From Chiloscyllium plagiosum (taxonomy: Eukaryota), in assembly GCF_004010195.1 (NCBI RefSeq), contig NC_057740.1:43269633-43333632 (forward strand): DNA of 64,000 nt, read 5' to 3'. This document shows, piece after piece, positions 11,888-24,518 of this stretch. The notes beneath the pieces were generated by a model. It saw only the letters and a list, made by a program, of their open reading frames with translations. It was not told the DNA's origin and did not search any database. The stretch's first letter is position 1, and each line of letters starts with the position of its first letter. A program made the position numbers and the translations under genes.

Positions 11888-12685
11888 ACTTTCTCTGGAA
11901 GTTCATTTCACACGCTAACCACGTATCTTGTGTAAATCTTTCTCCTCTCACCTTAAAAAATAGCCTCCTAGTCTTGAAATCCCCCATCCTAGGGAAAGGA
12001 CCTGTCATTCACCTTATCTATACTTGTCATGATTTTATAAATATCTATTGTCACCTCTCAACCTCCTAAGCTTCAGTGGTAAAAGTTCCAGCCTCTCCTT
12101 ATAACTCAAACCTCCATTCCCTGCTACATCCTGGTAAATCTCTTCTGAACCCTCTCCAGCTTAATAATATCCTTCCTGTATCAGGGAGACCAGAACTGGA
12201 CACTACTGAAGAGGCCTCACCAATATCCTGTACTCAAGGCAAGTGGGCTAAATGCCTTCTAAACCACTCTGCCTATGTGTGATGCAAATGTCAATGAATT
12301 ATTAATCTGAACCCCTGGGTCTCTCTGTACTACACCATTATCAAAGCCATACTTTTAATTGTATAAGTCTGGCCTTTGTCTGTTTTACCTAAATGCAACA
12401 CCTCACATTTATCCAAATTAAACTCAATCTGCCACTCTTCAGCCCATTGATCCAAGCTTTCTTTACAATCATAGATAACCTTTTTCACTGCCCACAATAC
12501 CATCAATATTGGTGTCACTTGCAAACTTATTAACCATGCTTTTTACATTCTCATCCAAATTGTTTATATAAATTACAGTCAAAACTGGACACAATATTGA
12601 TCCCTGGGGAATCCTGCTGGTCACAGGCCTCCAGTCTGAAAAGCAACCCCACCACCACCACCACCCTTTGTCTTCTACTAACGAG

Positions 12686-12880
12686 GAGAAAGTGAGGTCT
12701 GCAGATGCTGGAGATCAAAGTTGAAACTTTATTGCTGGAACAGCACAGCAGGTCAGGCAGCATCCAGGGAACAGGAGATTCGACGTTTCGGGCACAGGCA
12801 AGGGCCTGTGCCCGAAACGTCGAATCTCCTGTTCCCTGGATGCTGCCTGACCTGCTGTGCTGTTCCAGCAATAAAGTTTC
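12686..12880. mobile_element. Fold-back Penelope pLTR insertion with a perfect 77-bp inverted repeat
   Basis: Arms 12723-12799 and 12804-12880 with a 4-nt loop AAGG. 15-bp duplication TCTTCTACTAACGAG (12671-12685 / 12879-12893). Confidence 0.9.
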
Positions 12881-13499
12881 TTCTACTAACGAGCCAATTT
12901 TGTATCCAATTGGCAAACTCACCCTGAATCCTATGTGATCTAACTTTACTAATTACTTTATCATGCCAAACCTTGTCAAAGGGTTTAGTAAAGTCCAAGT
13001 ATACAATGTCTACCTCTCTGACCTCCATCAATCTCCTTGGTTACTTCCTCAAAAAATTGAATCAAGTTTGTGAGATACGATTTCTCACACACAACCATGC
13101 CAGTAATCATTCCTCACTTCTCCAAATACATATAAATCCTAGCTTTCACAATCACTTCGAACAACCTACCACCACTGAAGTCAGACTCGGGTCTATACTT
13201 TCCAGGCTTCTCCTTACATTTGTTTTCGAACAAAGGCACAACGTCAGCCACTCTGCGGTCATTTGGCACCTCACCCGTAGTTATAGATGATACAAATATT
13301 TCTACAAGGGGCCCCACAATTTTCTTCCTAACTTGGAGGGCCGGCAGAGTGAGTGTCAGAAGGGGGGGCGGTGGGTGGTGGTGAGTGTCAGCTTAGCAGG
13401 ACACAGTCACCTGCAGGTCCAAGCCTGCCTGCCAGTGCAGTGTGTGCCCCTCCAGAGGGTAAAACTTCAATCATCCCCTTCCCTGATGATCTTGACTTG

Positions 13500-13722
13500 G
13501 GAAAAATTGAGGACTGCAGATGCTGGAGATCAGAGCTGAAAATGTGTTGCTGGAAAAGCACAGCATCCAAGGAGCAGGAGAATTGACGTTTCGGGCATAA
13601 GCCCTTCAGGAATGAGGAAAGTGTGTCCAGCAGGCTAAGATAAAAGGTAGGGAGGAGGGACTTGGGGGAGGGGCATTGGAAATGCGATAGGTGGAAGGAG
13701 GTTAAGGTGAGGGTGATAGGCC
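13500..13722 (-). mobile_element. Penelope pLTR running into a gap; hammerhead core has a 3-nt deletion
   Basis: Minus strand ATTC-CTGA(---)AGGGC-TTAT-GCCC-GAAACGTC-AATT at about 13581-13613. Confidence 0.8.
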
Positions 13723-13839
13723 NNNNNNNNNNNNNNNNNNNNNNNNNNNNNNNNNNNNNNNNNNNNNNNNNNNNNNNNNNNNNNNNNNNNNNNNNNNNNN
13801 NNNNNNNNNNNNNNNNNNNNNNNNNNNNNNNNNNNNNNN

Positions 13840-14380
13840 GCCATTCAATCATGGCTGAGAGGTTTCTCAACCCCATTCTCCTGCTTTCTCCTGGTAACCC
13901 TGGATCCCCTTGACACTCAAGAACCTGTCCATCTCCGCCTTAAATATACTCGATGACCTGGCCCCCACAGCCTTCTGTGGCAATGAATTCCATTTTTAAC
14001 CACTCTGGGTGAAAACGTTTATCCTTATCTGTGTTCCAAAATGTCTTCCCTTTACTCTAAGTCTCTCCTACCAAAGTCTCTCTTTCCAACAACTACTCTG
14101 TCCAGGCCATTCAATATTCTGTAAGTATGATCCCCCTCATCTTTCTAAACTCCATCAAATTTCGACCCACAGTTCCTCAAACATTCCTCATATGTTAAGT
14201 TTCTCATTCCTGGCACCATTCACATGAACCTCCTCTGAACACACTCCAGGGCCAGTACATCCTTCCTGAGATATGGGCCTGAAAACTGTGCATAACACTG
14301 ACCAGAGCCTTAATGAGCCTCAGAAGTACATCCCTGCTTTTATATTCAAGTCCCCTCAGTATTGTAGTCTGTTCCTTAAC
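13840..14380 (-). mobile_element. CR1 3' fragment
   Basis: Same subfamily tail as 40690-41390. Confidence 0.75.
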
Positions 14381-14577
14381 CTGAAAAGGAAGAAAGAAGT
14401 TTGACTTGTTCGCTCTGATGCCTGGAATTTTTCAATGTGCAATTTTTATGAATGATCCCCCTAAGCTATAAATTTATTGTTTTTGTAATTGTTTTTCACC
14501 AACAATTCATGTTCACTGTTTTGGCAACTCTTAGTTTTCTGAAATTTGCAACCAGCATCTGAAGTGAAATCTGAAAA

Positions 14578-14770
14578 CATAGTCCCTGTGTGTATACAGT
14601 CCCTGTGTGCGTACAATCTCTGTGCGCAGAAACAGTCCCTCTGTGTGTACGGTCCCTCTGTGAGTACAGTCCATGTGCGTATACAGTCCCTGTGTGAGTA
14701 TAGGTCTTGTGTGAGTACAGTCCCTGTGTCTATATAGTCATAGAGTTATACCCTATGTGTGTTCGGTCCC
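14578..14770 (+). repeat. Degenerate 17-bp minisatellite (ACAGTCCCTGTGTGTAT-like)
   Basis: About 10 diverged tandem units. Confidence 0.75.
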
Positions 14771-14859
14771 TTGGTGAAGAGGCTGGACAAGCTTGATCCA
14801 CAGATTACATCATAGATTACATCATAGAAACTCCCCGAGACTCCTGTGATATGGCCCAG

Positions 14860-15130
14860 AAAGACAAGGGCAGCAAATACATGGGAATATCACCGTCTAC
14901 AAGTTCCCCTCCAAGCCACTCACCATCCTGACTTGGAAATATATCGCCGTTCCTTCAGTGTCACTGGGTCAAAATCCTGGAATTCCCTCCCTCAGGGCAA
15001 TATGAGTTAACACACATCATGTGGGCTGCAATGGTTCGAGAAGGCTGCTCACCCCACCTTCTCAAGGGGTAACTAGGGACGGGCAGTAATTGCTAATCCA
15101 TCCAACAATGCCAATGTCCCCCGAGTGAAT
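14860..15130 (+). mobile_element. 3' tail of L2/Crack-like LINE family
   Basis: aagttcccctccaagccactcaccatcctgacttggaaatatatc...ctagggacgggca recurs at about 22120, 41410, 51300 (-) and 62070. Confidence 0.7.
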
Positions 15131-15869
15131 TTTCAACCCACAGTCCCTCTGCCTAATCAAGAGTTTAATGATAAATGAAACACAGATAGGAAGAAGGAAG
15201 GACAGAGGAATGTTTACAGAGAGTAAGGTTAGTGTATGGAACGGTGGCCGTAACACCAAGTGTTATTGTGTCACAAGATAGAAAGTTCAATTTTCCCAAC
15301 AAATGGAATTCCAGGATTTTAGAAATTGACTGGATTAGCCAAAGCATTTCAAGTTTGAATCTGTCGGACAATAAGGAAATGTGAAACAGAGAAAATAAAA
15401 TGGTGATCCGTGTCCCTGAGCATTTGGTTTTACTTTAGGGTGAGGCTGGTGGGAATGTACAGCCCAGGGCAATATCACTGAGATCATCTTGTTGAATTTG
15501 TTCACAAATGAAAATGACAAACCCCCAACATGTTTTAAACTCAAGTTAAAGCTCCCTTCACACCGTCTTTACTAATCCAGTACAATTGCCAGAATATTGT
15601 CACATCTACTGGCTTCAGCTTTCAGCCATTTCATGATATGTGGAGTGAATCGAATTGGCTGAAGGTGGTGTCTGTGATGCTGGGGACCACTGGAGATGGC
15701 CGAGATAGATCATCTCGTCACCACTTCAGATTGGACCTTATTGCAATGTTTTAGCCTTATCTTTTACACTGAGACACTAGGATCTATAATCATTGGGATG
15801 GGAATATTTTTGGACCCCCTACCTGCAGTTAATCATTTAGTTGCCCATCACCATTTATTTGTTTGCAGA

Positions 15870-16850
15870 GTTGAAAGTGGTGTTCCCCAGGGATTGATGT
15901 TTGGATCCCTGCTTTTTCTAAATTAGATAAATTAATTGGAGACAGGTGTTTAGGGCAAAATCCTTAAACGTGCAGATGGTACTAAGCTATGGAGAGTAGT
16001 GGATTATGTTGAGAATGCTGAGTGACTTCAGAGGGACATTGACAGGTTGGCCAAATGGACTGACACCTGGCAGATGAAACAATGTTAGAGAAATGTGAGG
16101 GAATGCATTTTGTTGGAAGAAACACAGAGAGATCATACAGGCCTCAATGGGACAACTCTGAGGGGAGTACAGGAGCAGAGGGACCTCAGGGTTCATGTGG
16201 ATGATTCTCGAAGGTGACCAACAAATTGAAACAGTTGTTAAGAATGCTTTTTGGATCCTTAGGTTTATAAATAGGGGCATAGAATATAAAAGAAAGGAAG
16301 TGATGCTACACCTCTACAAATTATTGGTCAGATCACATTTGGAGCATTGTGTTCAGTTCTGAGCACTCTAGTTAAGAAAGCTTGTTAAAGCCCTGGAGAG
16401 AGTTCAAAAGAGATTTACTAGAATGATCCCAGGAATGAGAAAAGATTAGAGAGATTGGACTTATTTTCCTTGGAGCAGAGAAGATGAAGAGGTGACCTTA
16501 TTGAGGTGTTCAAAATGATGAACAATTTTAACAGGGTAAAGAAGGATATTCTGTTTCCGCTAGTTGGTATATCAGTAATTAGGGCTCACAACTTCGATTG
16601 TCAGCAAGAAAGCTAGGAGTGAGATGAGGAGAAACATCTTTACTCAGAGAGTTGTTAGGATTTGGAATGCACTGCCTGGGAGAGGGTTGGAGGGGGATTC
16701 CACTGGAGGGTTCAAAACAGAGTTACATCTTTATTTGAAAGGGATTAAGTTAGACAGCGATTGAGAGTGCTGGAGAATGGGATTAGCTGTGTACTCTTTC
16801 AGGGGCCGGTACAGACACAATGAGTCAAATGGCCTTCTGTACTGTAAAGT
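15870..16850 (+). mobile_element. Old CR1 RT 3' fragment
   Basis: SGVPQGLMFG, LQRDIDRL..W.DTWQM, HLEHCVQF, LERVQKRFTRMIPG, all degraded. Confidence 0.8.
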
Positions 16851-19066
16851 TATATCTAAAATTCTACTCAGATCCATAGGATTACTTAGCCCTATACAGT
16901 GCATATTGCTGCCATTAGCAGATGTAGGACAGTAAACCCTGGAGTGGATGGTGGCATACAAATTAACTTAGGATAAAGGAAATCTCTTGAATGGTGTTAC
17001 CGTCATTGAATCCCCCACCATCAACATCCTGAGAGTTACATTGACCAGAAACCTAATTGGATTTGCCACATAAACACAGTGGCTACAACAGCAGGTCAGA
17101 GGTTAGGAATACTGCGGCAAGTAACTCACCTCCTGACTCCCCAAAGCCTGTCCATCATCTACAAAGCACAAGTCCACCAGGGAGTGTTGTCGTTGGTGGG
17201 TAAGTTGTTGGAGGGGATTCTGTGGGACAGGATTTATATGTATTTGGAAAAGCAAGAACTGATTAGGGATGGTCAGCATGGCTTTGTGTATGGAAAATCA
17301 TGTCTCACTGACTTGATTGAGTTTTTTGAGGAAGTAACAAAGAGGATTGATGAGGGTAGAGTGGTAGATGTGATCTATATGGACTTCAGTAAGGCATTCA
17401 ACAAGGTTCCCCATAGGAGACTGGTTAGCAAGGTTAGATCTCATGGAATACAGGGAGAACTAGCCATCTGGACACAAAATTAACTCAGAGGTAGAAGACA
17501 GAGGGCGGTGGTGCAGGGTTGTTTTTCAGACTGGAGGCCTGTGACCAGTGGAGTGCCATAAGGATCGATGCTGGGTCCAGTACTTTTCGTCATTTATATA
17601 AATGATTTGGTTGTGAACATAGGGGGTGCAGTTAATAAGTTTGCTGATGATACCAAATTTGGAAGTGTAGTGGACAGCAAAGAAGGTTAGCTCAGAGTAT
17701 AACGGGATCCTGATCAGATGGGCGAATGGGATGAGGAGTGGCAGATGGAGTTTAGTTTAGATAAATACGAGGTGCTGCATTTTAGAAAGGCATTCAGGGC
17801 AGGACTTATATATTTAATGGTAAGGTCCTCGGGAGTGTTGCTGAACAAAGAGACCTTGGAGTGCAGGTTCATAGTTGTTTGAAAGTGGTGTCGCAGGTAG
17901 ATAGTGTAGCGAAGGAAGTGTTTGGTATGCTTGCCTTTACCGGTCAATGCATTGAGTTTGGACATGGGTTAGGCCACTTTTGGAATACTATGTGCAATTC
18001 TGGTCTCCCGGCTTTAGGAAGGATATTGTGAAACTTGAAAAAGTTCAGAAGTGATTTACAAGGATTTACAGGGGTTGGAGGATTTGAGCATTAGGGAGAG
18101 GCTGAATAGACTAGGGCTGTATTCCCTGGAGAGTCAGAGGCTGAGTGGTGACATTACAGAGGTTTATGGAAATGTGAGGGGCATGAGTAGTGTGAATGGT
18201 CAAGTTCTTTTCCCTAAATGGTAGGGGAGTCCAAAACTAGAGAGCATTGGTTTATGTTGACAGGGGAAAGATCAAAGAGGGACCTAAGGGGCAAAAGGTT
18301 CACACAGAGGGTGGTGCATGTATGTAATGAGCTGCCAGAGGAAGTGGTGGAGGCTGGTACAATTACAACATTTAGAACATAGAGCATATAAAACATAGAA
18401 CATTATAGTGCAGTACAGGGCCTCAATGTTGCACCAACCTGTGGAACCAATTTGAAGCCCAACTCTCCAATACTATTCCGTTTTCATCCATATTTTTATC
18501 CAATGCCCATTTAAATGCCCTTAAAGTTGGCAAGTCTACTATTGGTGCAGGAAGGGCATTCCACGCTACTACTCTCAAAGTAAAGAAACTACCTCTGACA
18601 TCTGTCCTATATCGATCACTCCTCAATTTAAAGCTATGTCCCCTCATGTTAGCCATCACCTTCAAGGAAAAAGGCTCTCACTGTCCACCCGATCTAACCC
18701 TCTGATTATCTTATATGTCTCTATTAAGTCACCTCTCAACCTTCTCTCTAATGAAAACAGCCTTGAATCCCTCGGCTTTTCCTCATAAGACCTTCCCTCC
18801 GTATCAGGCAACATCCAGTAAATCTCCTCTGAACCCTTTCCAAAGTTTCCACATCCTTCCTATAATGTAGTGACCAGAACTGTTTGCAATACTCCAACTG
18901 TGGCTGCAGCATGACCTCATGGCTCTGAAACTCAATCCCTCTATCAATAAAAGCACACCTTCTTAACAACCCTATCAACCTGGGTGTCAACTTTCAGGGA
19001 TCTATATACATGGACACTGAGATCTCTCTGCTCATCCACACTACAAAGGATTTTACTACTAGCTTT

Positions 19067-19605
19067 GATTTAGAGATGCCGGTGTTGGACTAGGGTGTTC
19101 AAAGTTAAGAATCACACATCACCAAGTTATAGTCCAACAGGTTTAATTGGAAGCACTAGCTTTCGGAGCGCCGCTCCATCATCAGGTGATTGTGGAGGAC
19201 ACAATTGTAAGACACAGAATTTATAGCAAAAGTTTACAGTGTGATGTAACTGAAATTATATATTGAAAAATACCTTGGTTGTCAGTTGAGTCTCTCATCT
19301 GTTCGAATACCATGATAGCTTCACTTCTTTCATGTGTAAATCACAAAACCTTTTTAAAACGTTACATTCTCAGGTTAACTGTAACATTTGGTGTCAGCCC
19401 AGACAATATTTTGAAGGTGTTAGCCCCCTGTGTTCCCTGTCTATGCCATAATGTTTAGACTGATTCTAATCTAAAAAGTGAGATAAGAGTCTTACATGGA
19501 TTCATGCAGTTTTTGAGCAAAGTATAATGTAACTCTGCAAGTACAAATTCACCCCACAAACATATATGTATAATGTGTGCATGTGGGTCTGTGTGTGCAC
19601 ACATA
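19067..19605 (-). mobile_element. Penelope-type pLTR, family B, nested in CR1
   Basis: Same terminus (gattt.gagatgccggtgttggact) and body as 57594-57793; contains a hammerhead motif. Confidence 0.7.
19154..19188 (-). ncRNA. Minimal hammerhead motif (family B), sense within the PAR4-like intron
   Basis: Minus strand CAC-CTGATGA-T-GGAGC-GGC-GCTCC-GAA-AGCT-A-GTG. Confidence 0.78.
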
Positions 19606-20835
19606 TGCAGCTCTGCAGCTTATCTATGTCTCTCTATAACATAAAACATCCTTCAGCAGTATTCACAACTCCATCGACCTTAGTGTCATCTGCAAATTTA
19701 TGAACCCACCCTTCTCTGCCCCCATCCAGGTCATTTATAAAAATGACAAACAGCAGTGCTCCCAAAACAGATCCTTGTGGTACACCACTAGTCACTGAAC
19801 TCCAAGATGAACAATTCCTATCAATCATCACCCTCTGTCTTCTTTCAGCTAGCCAACTTCTGATTCAAACTGCTAAATCACCCTCAATCCCGTGCCTCCG
19901 TATTTTGTTCCATAGCCTACCGTGGGGAACCTTATCAAACACCTTACTGAAATCCATATACACCACATCAACCGCTTTACCCTCATCCACCTGTTTGGTC
20001 ACCTCCTCAAAAAACTCAGTAAGGTTTGTGAGGCACAACCTACCTTCACAAAACCATGTTGACTATCCCTAATCAGCTTATTCCTTTCTAGGTGATTATA
20101 AACCCTATCTCTTATAACCTTTTCCAACACTTTACCACAACTGAAGTAAAGCTCATGGGTCTAGAGTTATCAGGGTTGTCTCTACTCCCCTCCTTGAACA
20201 AGGGAACATTTGCTCTCCTCCAGTCTCCTGGCACCGTTCCTGTAGACAATGATAACAAAGATCAAATCCACAGGCTCTGCAATCTCCTCTCTGGCTTCCC
20301 AGAGAATCCGAGGATAAATCCCATCTGGCCCAGGGGACCTATTTATTTTCACACTTTGCAGAATTGCTAACATCTCCTCCTTGTGAATCTGAATCCCATC
20401 TAGTCTAGTCGCCTGTAAATCTGTATTCTCCTCAATAACATTGTTTTTTCCCTGGGTGAATACTGATGAAAAATATTCATTTAGCGCTTCCCCTCCACGC
20501 ACAGCTTCACATTCCTGTCCTTGATTGGCCCTAATCTTACTCTTGTCATCCTTTTATTCCTGTTATACCGACAGAAAGGCATCTGGATGGGTATATGAAT
20601 AAGAAGGGTTTAGAGGGATATGGGCCAAGTGCTGGCAAATGGGACTAGATTAGTTTAGGATATCTGGTCAGCATGGACAAGTTGGACTGAAAGGTCTGTT
20701 TCCGTGCTGTAGATCTTGATGACTCTAAGTCAGGAGTGTTATGGAATACTCCCCACTTGCCTGGATGGGTGTGGATCCAACAACATTCAAGAAGCCATCC
20801 AGGATAAAGCAGCCCGCTTGATTGGTACCACAACC

Positions 20836-21950
20836 AATAGACAATAGGTGTAGGAGTAGGCCATTCAGCCCTTCGAGCCTGCACCGCCATTCAATATGAT
20901 CATGGCTGATCATCCTTAATCAGTATCCTCTTCCTGCCTTATCTCCATAACCCTTGATTCCACTATCTTTGAGAGCTCTATCCAACTCTTTCTTAAATGA
21001 ATCCAGAGACTGGGCCTCCACTGCCCTCTGGGGCAGAACATTCCACACAGCCACCACTCTCTGGGTGAAGAAGTTTCTCCTCATCTCTGTCCGAAATGGT
21101 CTACCCTGTATTTTTAAGCTGTGTCCTCTGGTTCAGCACTCACCCATCAGCGGAAACATGTTTCCTGCCTCCAGAGTGTCCAAACCTTTAATAATCTTAT
21201 ANNNNNNNNNNNNNNNNNNNNNNNNNNNNNNNNNNNNNNNNNNNNNNNNNNNNNNNNNNNNNNNNNNNNNNNNNNNNNNNNNNNNNNNNNNNNNNNNNNN
21301 NNNNNNNNNNNNNNNNNNNNNNNNNNNNNNNNNNNNNNNNNNNNNNNNNNNNNNNNNNNNNNNNNNNNNNNNNNNNNNNNNNNNNNNNNNNNNNNNNNNN
21401 NNNNNNNNNNNNNNNNNNNNNNNNNNNNNNNNNNNNNNNNNNNNNNNNNNNNNNNNNNNNNNNNNATCTGACCACTCACCTAATCTGTCCAGGTCACCCT
21501 GTAATCTTCTAACATCCTCCTCACATTTCACCCTGCCACCCAGCTTTGTGTCATCAGCAAATTTGCTAATGTTATTGCTGATACCATCTTCTATATCATT
21601 AACATATATTGTAAAAAGCTGTGGTCCCAGCACTGATCCCTGCGGTACCCCACTGGTCACTGCCTGCCATTCCGAAATGGAGCCATTTATCACTACTCTT
21701 TGTTTTCTATTAGCCAACCAACTTTCAATCCAATCTAGTTCTTTGCCCCCAATACCATGCTCCCTAACTTTACTCACTAACCTCCTGTGTGGGATTTTAT
21801 CAAAAGCTTTCTGAAAGTCCAGGTACACTACATCTACTGGATCTCCCTCGTCCATCTTCAGAGTTATATCCTCAAAAAATTCAAGAAGATTAGTCAAGCA
21901 TGATTTCCCCTTCATAAATCCATGCTGACTCTGTCCTATCCTGTTACTAC
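20836..21950 (-). mobile_element. Young CR1 RT 3' fragment (contains gap 21202-21465)
   Basis: Open frame [51 protein letters not shown]. Confidence 0.92.
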
Positions 21951-23071
21951 AAACCACAAACGTCCACACCCTTCACCACCAACGCTCAGTAGCAGCAGTA
22001 AATGGTACAAGTTGTACTGCAAACATTCACCAAACATGCTCAGATAACACCTTCCAAACCCATGACCGCTTCCATTTGGAAGGACAAGGGCAGCAGACAC
22101 CTGGGAACATCACCCTCTGTAAGTTCCCCTCCAAGACCCTCACCATTCTGACTTGGAAACATATCATCATTCCTTCAGTATCGCTGGGTCAAAATCCTGG
22201 AATTCCCTCCCTAAAGGCGTTGTAGGTCAACCTACAGCACATGGACTGCCACGGTTCAAGAGGCAGGTCATTCCCCACCTTCTCAAGGGCAATTAGGGAC
22301 GGGGAATAACTGCTGGCCCAGTCAGCGACACCCACATCCCAAAAGTGAATGAAAAAACCTCATTGAATTCTGGAACAGATTTGAGGAGCTGAATCATCTC
22401 CTGTTGCCAAGTGAAAGGTCATATGATTCTGGTAAGGCTGCTACATAGTGACTGTTTTTGTGGAGAATGTCACAAGCCCCTATTTGCACTGAGTTCCTCT
22501 TTGCTGACATCCGCAGAAAGCCGGGGATGGTGGACTGCAGCTGCTTCCTGGACTGAGAGCTCCTCATTGAGCTGATGTGGAGCTCAGACTAGGGACAACT
22601 TTCAGTTCCACAACTACCTTTACCACAGTGATCATTTAACTACTCAGAATGAAATATTACTGACAATTAAAGGACTGTTTTTAATATTGCTATTCCTGTC
22701 ATATAAGTGACCAAGTGACAGTATCTGTTCGGAACTTTCTGTGGATCAATTATTTTAATAATGTCTATTTTCCGAGCTCTCTCATGTTTCCATGACTCAC
22801 ACAAAGTAATGACATAAATTCAAACCTCATCATAAGAAGACAAAAGACTCTAGATATGATATTCTAAATAAAATAGCAACAGAATAGTTCATATCAAATT
22901 ATTCATCTGTACAGAATTTCTCAACATTGATACTGGAGATGGAACTTTCTGGATCTAGTGACTTGGACTTTGACTGTTGGAATTACACATCTCCACAAAG
23001 TAACTTTTATTGATTAAGAAGTTGCAAGAATAGTTCACAGATCTTTCTTGAAACAAAAATCTTTTCTTTAC

Positions 23072-23150
23072 CTTTGGTACCTTTGGTGGCAAAGCAGTTT
23101 GTAAAACAACTGACCAGAACAAACAATACGATTATTCGTAGAGACTTCAT
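23072..23150 (-). CDS. F2RL3: PAR4-like GPCR exon 1 (signal peptide)
   Basis: aaaATG at 23150 gives MKSLRIIVLFVLVSCFTNCFATKGTK, a basic-hydrophobic signal peptide. It ends at phase-1 donor AAG/GTAAAG, matching the phase-1 exon 2 and the two-exon layout of PAR genes. Confidence 0.8.
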
Positions 23151-23354
23151 TTTCAGGCTCCAGCTGCCAGTTGTTCAGGCTGCGTCTGTGACAGAGATCT
23201 GGAGGCAATGAGTCTGTAACTCAGTTCAAAACCACAACTCTGCACACACCACAGCCTTTTGGGCAACTCATCAAAGAGGTCAGACCAAAACTCAACAAAC
23301 ATTTGCTGTCATGGGTATTCCCAAAACAAAAAAGATCGATTTGTATAAAGTCTA

Positions 23355-23830
23355 GAGTCATACATCACAGAAATAGGCTCTTCGGTCCAACCAGTTCATG
23401 CCGACCATAATCCCAAACTAAGCCAGTCCCACCCCCCTGTGCGTAGTCCCTATCCCTCCAAACCTTTCCTCTTCATGAACTTATCCAAATGTCTTTTAAA
23501 CATTGTAACTGTACTCATATCCACCACTTCCTCTGGAAGTTCATCCGACTCACAAACTACTTTTTGTGTAAAAAAAAAATTGCCTCTCCTGTCTTTTTAA
23601 AATCTCCTCCTACCTTAAAGATATATGCCCCACCGTAGGGAAAAGACAAATGCTATGCACCTTATCTAACCCTCTCATGATTTTATAAACCTCTATAAGA
23701 TCACCCCTCAACCTCCTACATCCAATGGAAAAACACCCCAGCCTATACAGCCTCTCCTTAAACTCAAAACCTCCATTCCGGGAACATTGTGGTAAACCTT
23801 TTCTGAATCCTCTCTAATAATATTCTTCCT
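23355..23830 (-). mobile_element. CR1 3' tail fragment
   Basis: Similar to other CR1 tails in the window. Confidence 0.7.
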
Positions 23831-24518
23831 ATAGCTCTTGGGACTTTTTTCAAATTATACAGTTCATCTCTTTCTATAAACTTTGGATAATTAACTTGAT
23901 TTCAAGAAGCTTACATTTAAAAAGATTATTCTGAGTCATTGCCATTGCAGAGTATAAAGTGTTCATTGCAAATTTATGAAGAATAGACTGGCCCCAAATT
24001 AAAGGATTGTCTGGCTTTGAGATGTGTGGAGCAGTCTGACTGTAACAGCCTTCAGCAAGATGGCTGCAGGTAGAGAAATTCTCAGTCTCTGCCTATCGAG
24101 AGTCGCCAAAGGCTCAAATCCAGGAACAGAAGTCCATAATATTTAGAAGTTGGAGCCAGCCATTTGTCACCTTGAATCTGTTCCAATATTCACTACAATC
24201 ATGGCTGATCCTCTACATGATCTTCACCTTGCCATTCAGCTCCACATCCCTTGATTCCCCTGAGACTAAAGATCCAGTAAATGATCCTGAACGTCCACTT
24301 GCTGCTACTTTAACACTCTGCTCTGTTCCCAGGCCAACATCCCTGGCTCAGGGTTGCTGCAGTGCTCCAGAGAAGCTAAGTGCAAGTGGGAGGAACACCA
24401 CCTTGTTTTCTGCATAGAGACCCTGCAACCTTCTGCACCCAATATCAAGTTCAATAATTTCAGTTCTGAGGTAGGGTCACTCATCTGAAAATATTAACTT
24501 TGATTTCTCTCCAGTGAT

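Larger units (their letters stand above)
11575..13330 (-). mobile_element. CR1 LINE 3' half carrying two palindromic pLTR insertions
   Basis: EVPNDRRVADVVPLF, DIVYLDFTKPFDKV, WQIEFNLDKCEVLH and a CR1 tail near 11580. Confidence 0.85.
18374..20575 (-). mobile_element. Antisense CR1 nested in the CR1 above
   Basis: [52 protein letters not shown] on the minus strand. Confidence 0.85.
17175..20727 (+). mobile_element. CR1 RT 3' half (17175-18373 + 20576-20727)
   Basis: VGKLLEGILWDRIY..QHGFVYGKSCL. The tail ...acaacattta | aaggcatctggatggg is split by the antisense CR1. Confidence 0.85.
16990..22360 (+). mobile_element. L2/Crack-like LINE 3' portion interrupted by nested CR1 and PLE insertions
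   Basis: ESPTINILRVTLTRNL..AGQRLGILRQVTHLLTPQSLSIIYKAQV (to about 17174) resumes RSV.EYSPLAWMG at 20728 and again at 21951, through to the 3' tail. Confidence 0.75.
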
